Below, in pieces: positions 50,334 through 63,510 of a stretch of DNA of 64,000 nt. A program made the position numbers and the translations under genes. The notes beneath the pieces were generated by a model. The model was not told the origin of the DNA. It was given only the letters and a program-made list of their open reading frames with translations, and did no database searches. Each line of letters begins with the position of its first letter. The first letter of the stretch is position 1. The stretch spans positions 18,352,001-18,416,000 of the forward strand of contig OZ281495.1 in assembly GCA_965637545.1 (NCBI GenBank). Reading direction: 5' to 3'. This DNA is from Phallusia mammillata (taxonomy: Eukaryota).

Positions 50334-51949
50334 TTGTAGAAGACTTTTATATTGTGGTGTTATGTTTTGTTAAAAACATAAAACAATTGATAACAACATA
50401 GTGACGTCATAATAAGCAAATATATGTTAAAATTTGATTTCTTTTTAATAAGGCTATGGAAAGCAGCGGATGGCGCATGAAAAGTATACATGCACATTCC
50501 TTTACATTATTTCCGTCACATAATGTCACATTCTATGTTTTATGTATTTCATTCATTTTATTCCCATAGTTGTGTCGAGTAGGTTACGTAAGGTAAAAGC
50601 CAAAATGTACACAAAGAATCACCTCGATTTATAACCTGTGATGGATTAATAGAGTTTTGCTCAACGCGGGAAATTAGTACAACTCACTCAAAAAAGGGTA
50701 AAGCTTCTAACTACGAACTAAACAGAAAAGGTTTGCTAAATCCCGATAGATGACGTAAAGAGCGCAGGTATTTATATTGAGAGTAAGACTGCTGGAATAC
50801 CATGAAAAAAAAGACTGGAATAGGGTTAGGAAAGAAGATTAACATAAAGAATTGAGTTTTTTAGATTGATTTTATTGTTATTATGAAACCTCGGACTCAA
50901 TCTTCATAGCCCTAATCGTGAGCATTTTTTTTACACAAACTGCATTTAAAATATTTCCGTGCGTCACCTACCGGAAATTAGTAAACCTGGCTACTGTGAG
51001 TTCTTACGTTAGTAGCTCCCCCACACCAAGGGGGAAACATTTTCTTACATTGCTGGAAAATCGGCCATAAAAAAGAAAGCGGCGTTAAGTTTGTAAGCTA
51101 TAATATAAAACATGAACGTTCTTCTTTCTTTTAAACCAAACGTATTAAAAATATTGTGTGAAGAAATGCATAAGAAAATTATATCACATATGATTAAACA
51201 ATTGCTTCGGTTTGTAACCGGTGACTGAATAAGAGATTTGTTAGGCATAGGACACTCTTGCACAGCTTGCATCTGTTTACATCTAAAAAAGCTACTCACA
51301 CCATACCCGAACCAACTTAACCAAAACAAAACTCTTGGAAGGATTTAAACATCCGGCCCGCGACAACACTTTTTGGTTTGCCAAATCGTATTGACAATTT
51401 TGTAACATTCAAAGATTAATTTACTCCTTACGAAAGTTTTCCTGTTGCCATGTGTAGATTGCCTGGTTTCATGGGATTCGCCCAGGATTGGTCTAAAGGC
51501 AGTTTGTTACTTCACAGACAAGACTGCAAGTGTTAATTGTGCGCAACAAGCCTTCTTTTGTTACTTTTGCCTAACAGACGCAGCACCAGATTTTAAATGT
51601 GATTGTAGAAAGGCAATATTTTGGCGCCCCCGTAAAAATCGCTTCGCGGGCTAAGTTTGGAAAGACGCGCTAGGCCATGTAAACTATGCGGCCCGCGCGA
51701 TTCATTGTTAAACTTATCTGGCCCGCAGTGAAAAAAGTGTGGTGACCTCTGTTACAGACTATTACCAACTTGGTATACATCAAGGAGTGGTAGGCCTATA
51801 CATCATTTAAGCAGAAAAACAGGAACTGTTTATACTTCAATGTAGAACAGTAGGCCTTACTTAGTCGTACAAAACAGTACAAACAACAGTACAGGCAGAA
51901 GTAAACACAAGCAGCCAAAATGGTCAAAGAAAACACAAGCGTTCCAAAT

Positions 51950-52019
51950 AGGTTTAGAACACCCAACCCTGTGAACACAAAGTAATTGCCCTAGCTAACC
52001 ACTCGGCCATCTGGGCGAC
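51950..52019 (-). mobile_element. Degenerate tRNA-like (SINE head) fragment
   Basis: Minus strand gtcgcccagatggccgagtggttagc carries an A-box; B-box is degenerate (ggtgttctaaacc). Confidence 0.35.
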
Positions 52020-53523
52020 TGAACGTCACAGGGGAAAAATTGAAACGTGCCTTCCAAAGGCCTTTAACAACAAACTTTCCACATAGGTGTTGTGAATCTG
52101 GTTCAAATGTAGATGCCCAGGGTAACGCAAGAAAACAGTTTCCACATGAAATCATCCCTTTAAACCAGGGTTCTCCAACACGCGGCCCAATTTTCCGTAG
52201 CGCGGCGTTATTGGCAAAAGAATATGTTAATATCTTGTCAAATATCAAGAATTTTGTTTGAATTACCTTTGAAGTGTTTAACAATCTAAAATTAATGAAA
52301 TTTTAACCTACGCCCTTTTAGAATCCAAATAGTTTTTTGTGTACATTGTTTGGTTTAGCGTAGGAATAAGAAACGTTTAAGTTCATGAAGATCAACCAAC
52401 ATTTCTTGACGCTTCTGTCGGCCGCATGGACTTTTTCAGATGCCTATAGGCCAGTGGTTTCCTAACCATTTCGTTTACATAACAGACGCTTCCTAAATTT
52501 CCGCTCTCCAAGATAAAAACAATGCTAAACCAATTAAAACCTTAGCAAAACGATACCCAACGCTGCTAAAAGTGATTTTCACTTTTACCACTACAGTTTA
52601 TGTTCATTTTACCTAAATATTATCACTTGGTTACGCATATGAATGATCCAAGAGCGGGTTGTGTCATGGAAGAGAAAACTATGATCTGAAATTATGCGCA
52701 TACAATCGCCTTCTTTGTTACTCGTTATACAACAAAAAAACAGGCGCAAACAATTGCCTTCTTTGGTGGTTACCGCACAAGTAAGACTGTAAGTGTAAAG
52801 CCATGAGCTACGGTCAACGAAAGTAGCGCCGAAAACCACTAAGGGACCATAAACTATCTGGTGCGGAAACATGACATATTAGGTCATCGCAGTTAAATTA
52901 CTTTTGATTATAATTCCCTAACCAAGTCATTCACTTTAGGAGTCATAAAACAAATATGTACGAAGTGACTCACCAATAACAATCGTCGACAAAACACGGC
53001 TTCTCAATGCAACCGACGTAGCGCCGTTCTTCACCGAAGTCATGAAGGGGAGGAACGAAACCACGTTGCGTTATAAGTTATCAGACAAAACTGGCAGCTA
53101 ATTGTTACGTGTGTAGCGGTCACGTGCTTTTAAACCCTCATTTTAGTACTTTGGTTGAGCTAAGCATTAAGTAATGGAAAATTTTAACTTTGCAACCATG
53201 ACTTTTCGTTCCATGGAATTTATATGCTGCTTTTGCGACATATGGTATCGAGCGGTGTAACTTTACTGTTCCATGTGTTCTCATGATTCAGTAACTGTTG
53301 AAGCACATATTCAGTGTCGTTGTGACATGTTCACGTCTTCCTCATATGTTCCAACAGCCTGGCCATCAGACAGGCTGTTGCGTAAACCGGGTGTTTCGAA
53401 ATAGTTGTGCAATCCATTGCAGTGCTGCATATTTTTGCAAGCGTTTAACTTAAAACAAACTAATAACTGATGTGAGTAAAAGAAGGTACTGTTTTGCAAT
53501 GATCGCACGAAAAACGAGTATCA

Positions 53524-53723
53524 NNNNNNNNNNNNNNNNNNNNNNNNNNNNNNNNNNNNNNNNNNNNNNNNNNNNNNNNNNNNNNNNNNNNNNNNNNNNN
53601 NNNNNNNNNNNNNNNNNNNNNNNNNNNNNNNNNNNNNNNNNNNNNNNNNNNNNNNNNNNNNNNNNNNNNNNNNNNNNNNNNNNNNNNNNNNNNNNNNNNN
53701 NNNNNNNNNNNNNNNNNNNNNNN
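53524..53723. other. Assembly gap (200 N)
   Basis: Run of exactly 200 n, consistent with a fixed-size scaffold spacer. Confidence 0.99.
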
Positions 53724-53948
53724 CATATTATTTAAGATGATGCTCGGACTGCACTATAGGTATATATTCTACTCTGCACTATAGGTAAATGTTCTCTCGT
53801 AATGGCTATGAACTGTTCTAATAGCCCTGTGAAAGAAGCGATTTTTCTGTTGAAAATCAGGGGTCTCCAACCTAAAATTAGTCCTGGGACACTTTTCAAA
53901 CAACCAAGAAGTTAAGAAATAGTCACAACGCCAACAAACCTATTAGGC

Positions 53949-54568
53949 CAGGGGTGCTCAACCTTTCTTGCCTCAAGATCGCATTTTGAGGTATTCAAAC
54001 TCTCCGGATCTACCGTGCCAATACAAATTAGCAATATAATACAAGACCATGTGTTGATTATTATCAAAGGATAATTAATTCGCATTTTTCTCTGCCAAGT
54101 TACGTTTTATCGTGGTTTGGAATAGATTTGTTTTACAGTGCAATAAGCGCTATTTGTTAACTTGATCCAATACTAATCTTTAAAATACAATATTGAGAAA
54201 AAAGTTTAGACCAAACCACTCATTTTAATTAAAATAAAGAGAGCAACTACCAGTACAAAGTAACAATTACCACTGCAACTATCACTTTTATGACGTAACA
54301 ATGAGCCTTCTGAGCATTGGTAGTGTGAACATATCAACATATTTTGATGAATTTTCTCATGATAAGACTTATTATGACAATTATTTACAGAATATGTTGA
54401 TAAATATAAAACAAGATCATGATCTTTTATTCATGTAAAGGGACACTTCTCAAAAATGTGTTACAAAACAACTTTATATTTTTTATTATTATTTGTATCC
54501 CTCGCGATCGACTTAAAATCAGTACGAGATCGACCAGTCGATCGCGATCGACGGGTTGGGCACCCCTG
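53949..54568. mobile_element. hAT MITE
   Basis: TIR caggggtgctcaacc / ggttgggcacccctg; exact TSD tattaggc at 53941 and 54569. Confidence 0.88.
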
Positions 54569-55655
54569 TATTAGGCTATTACCCAAGCAAAATAGAATAG
54601 CAAGGGAACTTCGGTGTCTTTAATAAAAAAAAACGCTGGTACAATACACAAGATAAAAAGCAATAATTACGTGAATTGGCTTTTTTTAAGACGGCAGCAT
54701 GCGGATGTTCATCTGTCAATCGTGCGCGGAGGGCTAATATAAATTTTTATTTAAATTAAATTTTATGAAAAAAACTGCTCGCAAACACATGCGCTGCCAA
54801 ACATCGCAAAAATACGGCGAGAGTGCAAGATTAACTTTGAAATCTTTCTTCTGACACTTAACCCGAAAACATTACCTTCAAACTACGTTTCTTTTAACAC
54901 GGTGTCGCATTGAAGATCTACTAACTCCATCTGAAACTGATTTAACATTCGCAGCATTGGAGTAGAAAAGATCGTGACTTATTTTTCCAATGCGGGAAGT
55001 TATTGAAATCGGCAGTCAAATTCCCTACGCAACATATTGATTTAATTTACATATTGTTTTAAGGCACTATATGCTCAACGTTGTTTAGATATAGCAGAGT
55101 TGAGCAAAATTCACGACCTTTAACTACCTGGGTTGCCCAAAATACAATTTGCACTTAAACGATTGTATGGCATCAAACACGGTTGTGATTACTAGGGCAA
55201 GTTTTTGTTGCACTAAAAACGTGAGAAAGTTGCACTTAATTTCAACAAAAGTTGCAGAAAAAAGTTGCATTTATGCACAAGTTGCATTTATGCATACTTC
55301 TTGGAGTTAAAATGACTAGCGGGCCGCAGGTTGGACAATCCCTGCCTTAGACTGTCATCTTTAACAGATATCGAGGTTATCGCTTCTTACTTGCAAAATA
55401 ACGAATGCACTTTTATATAAAACTTTATGCTTGGCTGGGGTTGTTGAACTTCTAGCTTGCAAGCCAACTGTTGCGTCATAGATAACATTGAGATGCAGCT
55501 AATCCATCACATAGCTCTTTGTTATGCAAATCAAAGAGAATAGAACCATACTAAAAATAGTTTCATAGCATGTTTTTTAAAACTCTTTCCACCCCGACCG
55601 TCTATATATAGACGATTATGCGACTACCGTAGAATCCGATCGTCTATATATAGAC

Positions 55656-56273
55656 CAGTGTTTCTCAACCTGGGGGTCGCGACCCCCAAAGGGTTCGCCA
55701 AGCACTTTTGAGGGGGTCGCGAAGACGCAACTCAACTCGGAATGATTTTATCAGTAGCATAAAAACTTTCCCTGTGACTTTTGTTTAGCATAGTAACTCA
55801 CACGATTGTTTGACCTAGAACGGGCGCAACAGGAAACTTGGCCGAATGGCCTGGCGCGCCTGACCCATGTACAAAACCTGATCGGGTTTCGTCCCCGGGA
55901 GTGTCCAGGGTTCGAATCCCGTGAACGACAAAGGGCAATTTTCAGTTCTCGGACTGCCGCCTGATTGTCACGGGCGCAACAATATTTGCGATTGTAGCCT
56001 ATACTTCTATAATTGCAGTTTTTGGCTTTTCTTAACATAAAAAACACGAAATAGTGAAATGGTTAGTGAAAATGAGCCACAAACACACTTTTAAGGGTTT
56101 TCTTGAGTACAGCAAAACGCCGAACTATCGGAGCCACGTTAGATTGCAAATGTATGATGAACACAATCAACACATTCTGGTAGTTAAACTTCTTGTGTGC
56201 GTGTTAAAGGGGTCGCGTTGTGTTAGAAAATCTCTGAAGGGGGTCGCATAGCAAAAAAGGTTGAGAACCACTG
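55656..56273. mobile_element. hAT MITE inserted in the piggyBac left end
   Basis: TIR cagtgtttctcaacc / ggttgagaaccactg; exact TSD atatagac at 55648 and 56274. Confidence 0.88.
55832..55969 (+). mobile_element. tRNA-derived SINE-like insertion
   Basis: A box tggccgaatgg, B box ggttcgaatcc; flanked by a 12-bp direct repeat acgggcgcaaca (55820-55831, 55970-55981). Confidence 0.75.
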
Positions 56274-56717
56274 ATATAGACGGTAAATGAAATCGTAATT
56301 ACGTCGTGATAATTAGCGGCGGTTGCGTGGAAATACCTTCAGTGTGATGTACTTGGATGGAAGAAAGATTTCTTCTTTGAAAAAAAATCTACAGTGAAGT
56401 TTTAATATATTTTTGTCATAAAACAAAAACCTAAATTTAAGAAAAATTTTGCCCATTTTTTGCCCTGTTTTATATATTTCGGTTGGAATACGAACAATAA
56501 CGCGCCGTTGTATTTTAAATAAAGTCGTTACGGCATGTGCAGCTATCGTTGGAGTCGTCCGCGTAGTAAACTCGAACGTTTCCAATTCCAGAAACCACAA
56601 TTATGACGTCATAGATAATGCGTCGAAAATACAGAGAAACCACGATGCACATGGGTATAGTGACAATGCCATCATTGCAAAGTTATTGGGCAACAATGCC
56701 ATCTCTTGTTGAAGTGT

Positions 56718-57512
56718 TTTGTCCACAATACATGGGTCAGAATAGATTTTTAACCATCCTGCATGTTTTGCATGCTAATAATAATTGATCAAGCTGGAGA
56801 AAGATGGCCATGACCCATTGCACAAAATCCGTCCAGTTGTTGACATGCTGCAAGGTACATTTAATTTAGCAGTCAAACAGACTCAATCAATTTCCTTGGA
56901 TGGGGCAACGTGTCCTTTCAAAGGAAGATTTAGATTCCGCAAATATAATCCAAATAAACCACACAAATGGGGAATCAAAACATATGAGCTTTGTGACAGG
57001 ATCTGGATACTGTTTTTCTTTTTGAATGGCTTGTGACTCCCAACAAAGTGAGAGTAAAGGGTGAAAAATCCATAATCTAGTTATAGACTTGCTAAAAAAT
57101 TATCTTGACAAAGGTCACATTGTGTATATGGACAGGTTCTACACTTCACCAAAAACAAATCAGTAGTACATGAAACAGAAAGGAGAAAAGGCCATGACCC
57201 TGCTGCAGTATGTCATGGAAGTCTCAAGCTGTGTGAGAAAAATAGTACATCAAGGTATGACACTCCAGTTGTGACACCACCATTAGAAAATAGGCTGACA
57301 GGGTGCCACTTTATACAGAAGATTTCACCAACAGGGAAATCCAGTATTGTACAGAGAGCATGTAGATATGATGTGAGCAGAAGAGACGAGTCAGCAGCCA
57401 CAGCATTCCAAAATGCAGTTCATGCTGGTGTCCAACATGCAAAGCAACATTGTGTGTGAACAATTGCTTCGAAAAGTTCCACACCATGGTTGATTATTGT
57501 GATCAAGTGTAG
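56718..57512 (+). pseudogene. piggyBac (PGBD4-like) transposase relic, frameshifted and internally deleted
   Basis: Motifs MGQNRFLTILHVLHANN; DPLHKIRPVVDML...SISLDGATCPFKGRFRFRKYNPNKPHKWGIKTYELCD; KGHIVYMDRFYTSP; C-terminal WCPTCKATLCVNNCFEKFH, in different frames. Confidence 0.85.
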
Positions 57513-58812
57513 TCCTGTATGCCTTGTATGTCTTTCTTCATTTATTCGTTTTTTGAAAATTTCAAAAAAAATGCATATGTTCAATGACCCTTTGTGGAAA
57601 AACTACACATGCTATCTTCAAAGTTAAAATTTTCCCTGAAAACACATTTCTAGCACTTCATTTGGTGAAAATTTCAGCTGCTTTGAATAAAAAACAAGCT
57701 TGTGAGTATTTCAAATGTTGAGCTGGCAAATAAACACACAAGCGCATGGTATAGTCGCAAATTTTGTCAACTGGTTTAGATTCATTATTGTGGTTAGATG
57801 TAAGCAGTAAGCATCCTACAAGACTAAAAGAGCTTCTGTATGAACAATTTCTGACAAGAAAGTTTACTACAACAAAAAAAATCACAAAATTATTTATTGA
57901 AATTTTTACCATAAATGATATAAAGTACTATTTTGATAGGTTGCTGCAAAAAAAACTACTGTCAATAGACACAAAATGAAATTTTTCCCTAGTCCTATAT
58001 TACATAGTGGTGTTACATACCAAAAATCAAAAACATACATGTAACAGTAAGGCTGTGAGTATTTCATTTACAACCATACCTCAAAACAGTCAATTTAACA
58101 TGGTTTGCCAAAAGTTACAAAAGGTACTGTCAGCATATGGCAAACAAACACATTTCCACTGCACCCAGGCTGCTGAAACTTGCCTAGATACAAGACAGGG
58201 TATTACCCTTTCAGATGCGATGCTGGTAACCGCTCAAACTTTAATATTGACGAAATGGGGAGTGGTCAAAGTTCATGATTTTGGGAGAAAAAATCCGGAT
58301 TCTAGGGCCAGTTTTGCAAAAATGGCCCGGGGTGGAAAGAGTTAAATCACTCCTTTACATTTTGCGCAATACTTGATAAAAGTTGCAGTCAAAAGTTGCA
58401 CGAAAAATAGAAAAAAGTTGCAACATAAAATTCCTACAAACAGCTTATAACATCATACATACTACATAAATTCTGAGTATTTAGGAAGCTGCCGGAAGCT
58501 GTAAAAAAAAGTTGCAAAAGTTGCAAAAACTTGCCCTAGTGATTACCTTTAAACGACTTTGTAAAAAGGTATTCAAGTTGTTAAAATGTTATGCAAGATT
58601 ACACATAAAGTCTGAAATAAACTTTTATCCATCCAGCTTCCCTCAAGGCAAAATAAACTGTTTTCTGCACACTGTATGGTTAAGTATTTCACCATACTCA
58701 CCTTCCATGGTTTCATAAAAAGATTTTAAAATCGATGGTTAAAAATCGATGGTTGGTCGAATGAAACTTACAGCTTTTACACCAACCCTCAAAACATCGT
58801 TCGTTATAGACC

Positions 58813-59177
58813 CAGTTTTTCTCAAACTTTAAGTCTAAATGTGTTAACGTAAGCCTGAATGTGTATTTCAAAAAAACGAAAGTTGATTGCAGGATTTTAA
58901 CTAGTTATGCAAAATTGCGCATAGCAATGATCCAAATCTGACATCACAGACAAGACAAAAACATTACAATTGTGCGCGAACAATTGCATTTTGTTAGTTG
59001 TCATGCAATAAAGCCTTTTGTTTAACAATGGGGACGGTTGATTCTCACTTTCATTTTGATTTCAACTTATCCAGTTGCACAAACTGACGCCAAATAAGAA
59101 TATACAATTACTTCCACCTTTTCGAGATCCCTGCAAAATGTCCTAAAGGACCGCGGACCCCAGTTTGAGAACCGCTG
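58813..59177. mobile_element. Old MITE-like element
   Basis: Imperfect TIR cagtttttctcaaact / agtttgagaaccgctg; no clean TSD. Confidence 0.4.
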
Positions 59178-59419
59178 CGTTAACCATTTTTGCGATCCAA
59201 ACATTTCTATTCCGGAATAAATTAGAATATTCGGAAGTCACACGGACGGCGACACGAGAAAACGTTACATACGATAACGTCAATTACTTTCTGCGTAGGC
59301 TTCTGGTTAGTAAATGGGAGTCACAAGGACCATTTAAAATTTGAAGAAAAATGCCACTTTAAAAATGTTTTTATGTCTCACCATAGATAACTTACTATGG
59401 ATGCCAAACTGCCCTTGTC

Positions 59420-61664
59420 GGACCCCTTTAAAACATAAAGTATCGCATGTACCGTATGTACCGCATGTATCGTATGTATAGCATGTATAGCATGTATAGC
59501 ATGTACAGCATGTATAAGCGTTTACCGCATGTACCCGGGACTTTCCCTAACTTGTGTTGTAAGAAAATCAAATGTGAGTAGAAGTAGACTGTACAAAGTA
59601 GTGTTGTTAAAATGTGGCTGCTGTTAAAAGACCTGGGCTCACTAGTCACTAGTTTAATTGGTGTGTAACAACAAAATTAAGATAAAAATTGATAGGAGTT
59701 TGACTGGTGAAGTGGTTGTAATTGGTTTAAAGTCAGTACTTTGTGCAACCTCTTGCTTTACGAAACTGATCAATGCTCCACTGCAGGCACAATTTTACTT
59801 TATAAAATGTACTACTTTCTGTGTTACATTTTGTATTGTAGATTGGTAAAGTTTTTGCGATCAATAGTAAATCATTCATTGTTGCTGTTTTTGTTGCACA
59901 AGTTCAGACAGTCATTTCATTAACTTCATTTTAAAAGTCTGGTATTTTAGTCTTATTGTTTTTCATGCAGCAGATTCGTAACAGAGTGGTGTTAATTTTA
60001 ATTGTATTAATTATAGTGTGTACACTTTACTATGCTTTCTGGTGCAGGATTTATATGTTTTTGAACTAATTCATGATTCCATTTTTCAGCTTAACTTTCA
60101 AGATAAATGTTTAAAAAGTTACTGCTATAGACAAGTCTAACAGTTTTTCTGAAAACATATTTGGTTATCATGTTTTAGTTTATTGACAGTGTTGTCCTAG
60201 TAGCAGTACAAAGATTCCATCTGTGAATTATGATTGTACTGTTTACTCATTTGCTGACATTATCAATAATATTTTGTGTTTTTTTATGGTGCTTTGTATT
60301 TTTTTTATTGTAACCCCAAAGACTAAATTGTAATTAAAATAAATTAAAAACCTAAAATACTTGTTGGAAACTTCAAGGGTAAATTTAATTTCAGAACATC
60401 AGCTAATGACTGCGTAATGTATCAGTTGTCCATAAGTGGAAAGTATTGTACAGATGCTGAACGGGTTTTGAACTATATAACAATGCAGAATAGTTGACAG
60501 GAGAAAATTCCAAAAAATGTCCACTAGTATGTCAGTGCATTAAAATCATAAACGACATGCAGATAGGTAATAATATAATTTATTCAATTTTTAGTCAGAA
60601 GGTGCAGTAAAAAAATACCAAATACACATCAAAAACATACTAAATTTAGTTAGCAGACATGGAAAATAATGTGGTAAAACAAGTGAGGATAAAGGAAAGA
60701 ATACTTTTTGACAATCATAAACCATTAGTACCAGAAAAAGGTGAAACACAGCAGATAGAGGTTGATATATATGCCGCAGAACTACTGAATCAAAAAGGAC
60801 TTTATCAAATGCACAACAAAGCAGCACCTATTTTGTTGTAATTATAGACAATACTAGGTACTGCTTAAAGCATATGCATTCCAAACCATTTCTTGCTTGT
60901 GGACCAGCAAGGATAGAAAAAAATCATATTTTATCACACTGACCAACTTCCAGAACCTATCATCAATGATGACTAGACTTCTGTGTCTTCTCAATTCTAA
61001 TGCACTAATCTTTGCCAGCTGACAATCAATTAGAAAGTAAGATAAAAGTTGAGACTGATAAGCAACAAACTTTAAAACCAAATGTCATCATCACACTTGT
61101 TTGTATCATCCAACTTTAATGGACCAAACTTTGCCAAGTTTGTTTCCACATTCTCTGAAGGACCCATGACCATAAAATTGCCACCAAAACAAGCTGATAA
61201 AAAGCCAGGAAAACACAAATAAATGTTTTAGAGTTCTGAGATTTGGATTTCATTCATTTTGTTGTTTGCTTGTTTTTGCATCAGCAACTGTGAACTGATT
61301 CTTCAATAAAGGATGTTGAAATAAAACACTGCTTGCTTTAGTTTTCTATATCCTTGCTTGCCTAACACATGTAATAGACATCCTGTAAGACAAAAGTCTT
61401 TAGATAGTAGTTGCAGCAGTAAAGCACATGAAGACTGTTACATTCAGCGTAAACCATACTCACTAAATCAGTTAACTGTAGACCAAGACCAAACTAAACT
61501 CGTACCTCATGTAGTTATAGCATTGCAACCGCGTAGTAAAGTACATGCGGTTACTTACAATACAAGTTGGGGAAAGTCCCGGGTACATGCGATAGATTTA
61601 GTATATAGGCCGTGTACATGCTATAGATGCGATACATGCGATACTTTATGTTTTAAAGGGGCCC
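59420..61664. mobile_element. Long-TIR element (Foldback/MULE/Merlin-like) with 9-bp subrepeats in its arms
   Basis: Arm 59420-59555 (ggacccctttaaaacataaagtatcgcatgt...gtacccgggactttccctaacttgt) is the reverse complement of about 61550-61664; flanks cccttgtc / ccattgtc (7/8). Confidence 0.7.
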
Positions 61665-63161
61665 CCATTGTCTCCATTGTTACGTTTTGATTGGACACGC
61701 ATGAACGCTTCTAGTTTTTTTGCTCAAAACAAATCGCGGTAGATGGTAGTTTGAATACTTTAAACAAGTTTACTCACAGTTTGCGATAAAGCGATGACAT
61801 TTTGCAACATTTTTGTCCCGGGATGCTTGTCGTAATACCAAACAGCAAAGTCTAACGGCCAAAGAACCACCCTTTTAATGTAAGAAAGTCCGAATTAGGC
61901 AAGACCCATACGAAACAACATCGTTCAAAATTGACGTTTTTTGTTGTCATTGAGGGATGTAGCAGCTGGTAATACAGCAAATGTTGCGGAAAGAAACACA
62001 AGAATCTACAACTCACAATCTTACATTATCACGCACTACACATTTTCAGCCGCGGTTACTTACACACACTGGAGCTCCATAATGTGGTTACTGGCTACAC
62101 TATAGTGTATACGGCCTTACATGCAGAAACACTGATAAGACCTTACAGGTCGACAACAGTGTGGCCTGTTTACTGCTCACCTAAAAAGAATCGCACAAAA
62201 CTGGATTTTGACATTTTAGGACAGAAACTGCACCAGGTTTTCTTGCTTCCATTGTCTGGCATTAAGGGTACAAACACCAAGTATACCAAATATTTGATGT
62301 AACCAAAAAGATAGTATTTTATATTGCTGTTTTTTACACTTATAATAATATGGAAATTTTTGTGTAATTTACACTTTCCTGCATCTATTGCTATTTTAAA
62401 AAGTTAAAATAGCGTCCGTCTTTTTGTCACTTGTTAAATAACACAATCATTGGCAAATTTGTATTCCACCAACAGGCACTTACATCTCGAACCAGTAGGT
62501 CAAACCACCATAAATTAAGAATGACAAGCATAGTAAAAGTTAAGGACAAAAAACAACGAACACCTTGTAGTGTTTGAAAAATGGTCAAGGAAAGAAAACA
62601 AAAGGTACAGCTGCATGAAAACTGATGGACATGTGAAAATATTTTCCAGGCTGATTTTGGACCTTCAGAAAATGAAACAAAAAAAATATATGTTAACCCT
62701 TTTTTCAATCACCATTCACCACGCGAGCCACTTTAATTGCTTGCTTACTTTTTGAAAAACTTCTTTCCAAATATATATGACAAAACTTTGACCAATCAAT
62801 TTTTAAAAAACAAATGATAATGGTAAGTTGTTTTACAAACTCATCACTCAAAAAACTATTCTTAATGTGAATAAAATCAACTTAATGTGGGCAAAATATT
62901 TTTCATACACTCTGCACAACTAACTTTATATTTAGGAATATGCATGGCTGACCACATCTATATACCTTTTGGAAGAAAATTTCAATGCACCTGCTTTTTT
63001 AATTTAAACAAATTAGATCAATGTGTTTGTCACATACTAAGCTTTGTGTCAAATACAACACTTTTTATTGCCTTGTCCACGTGTATCCACCAATATATAT
63101 ATACATATTACAAGGTGTCATTTTTCTTGTTTTGTAGTGTGACATCTGATCTGCTTGGTTG

Positions 63162-63510
63162 CAGTGGCGTAGGCAGCCAAAAATTTTGGGAGGGGCCAAA
63201 TGATTTGTTGTCTAATACAATGCTCGGCGTGCTTTTACCAAACACGTGACTTGCCAAACTGTGGTTCGACTGCATAGCCAAACGCTTTATTGATTTATTC
63301 CATGTCTGCATAAATAAAAAAAGCATGGATTCGCCTTACAACTTGGTGACAAAAGTCATTTTTGGTAATAAATATATTCCTTTGATAGTTGAGAGACGAA
63401 ACCACAATGATGAGGGACGAAACTACACTAAATTAAAGCTTATCAATTTACAACTTTGAAAATTTGGGAGGGGCCATGGCCCCTTTGGCCCCTCCCTGGC
63501 TACGCCACTG
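63162..63510. mobile_element. hAT-type MITE
   Basis: TIR cagtggcgtag / ctacgccactg; exact TSD cttggttg at 63154 and 63511. Confidence 0.85.

Larger units (their letters stand above)
55583..58341 (+). mobile_element. Decayed piggyBac DNA transposon
   Basis: 14-bp TIR ctctttccaccccg / cggggtggaaagag; TTAA on the right (58342-58345) and ttaa+aa on the left; transposase relics inside. Confidence 0.8.
55193..58538. mobile_element. Non-autonomous hAT element (TAGGG termini), outermost layer of a nest
   Basis: TIR tagggcaagtttttg / caaaaacttgcccta; exact TSD gtgattac at 55185 and 58539; several subterminal aaagttgca motifs at both ends. Confidence 0.8.

Noticed and set aside
53460-53735. ORFs spanning the X run
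   Set aside because: Artefacts of the 200-N gap.
61960-62760. Possible exons of a second gene (ORFs 62084-62302, 62427-62708, 62570-62755)
   Set aside because: No domain motif and no consistent chain of phase-matched splice sites.
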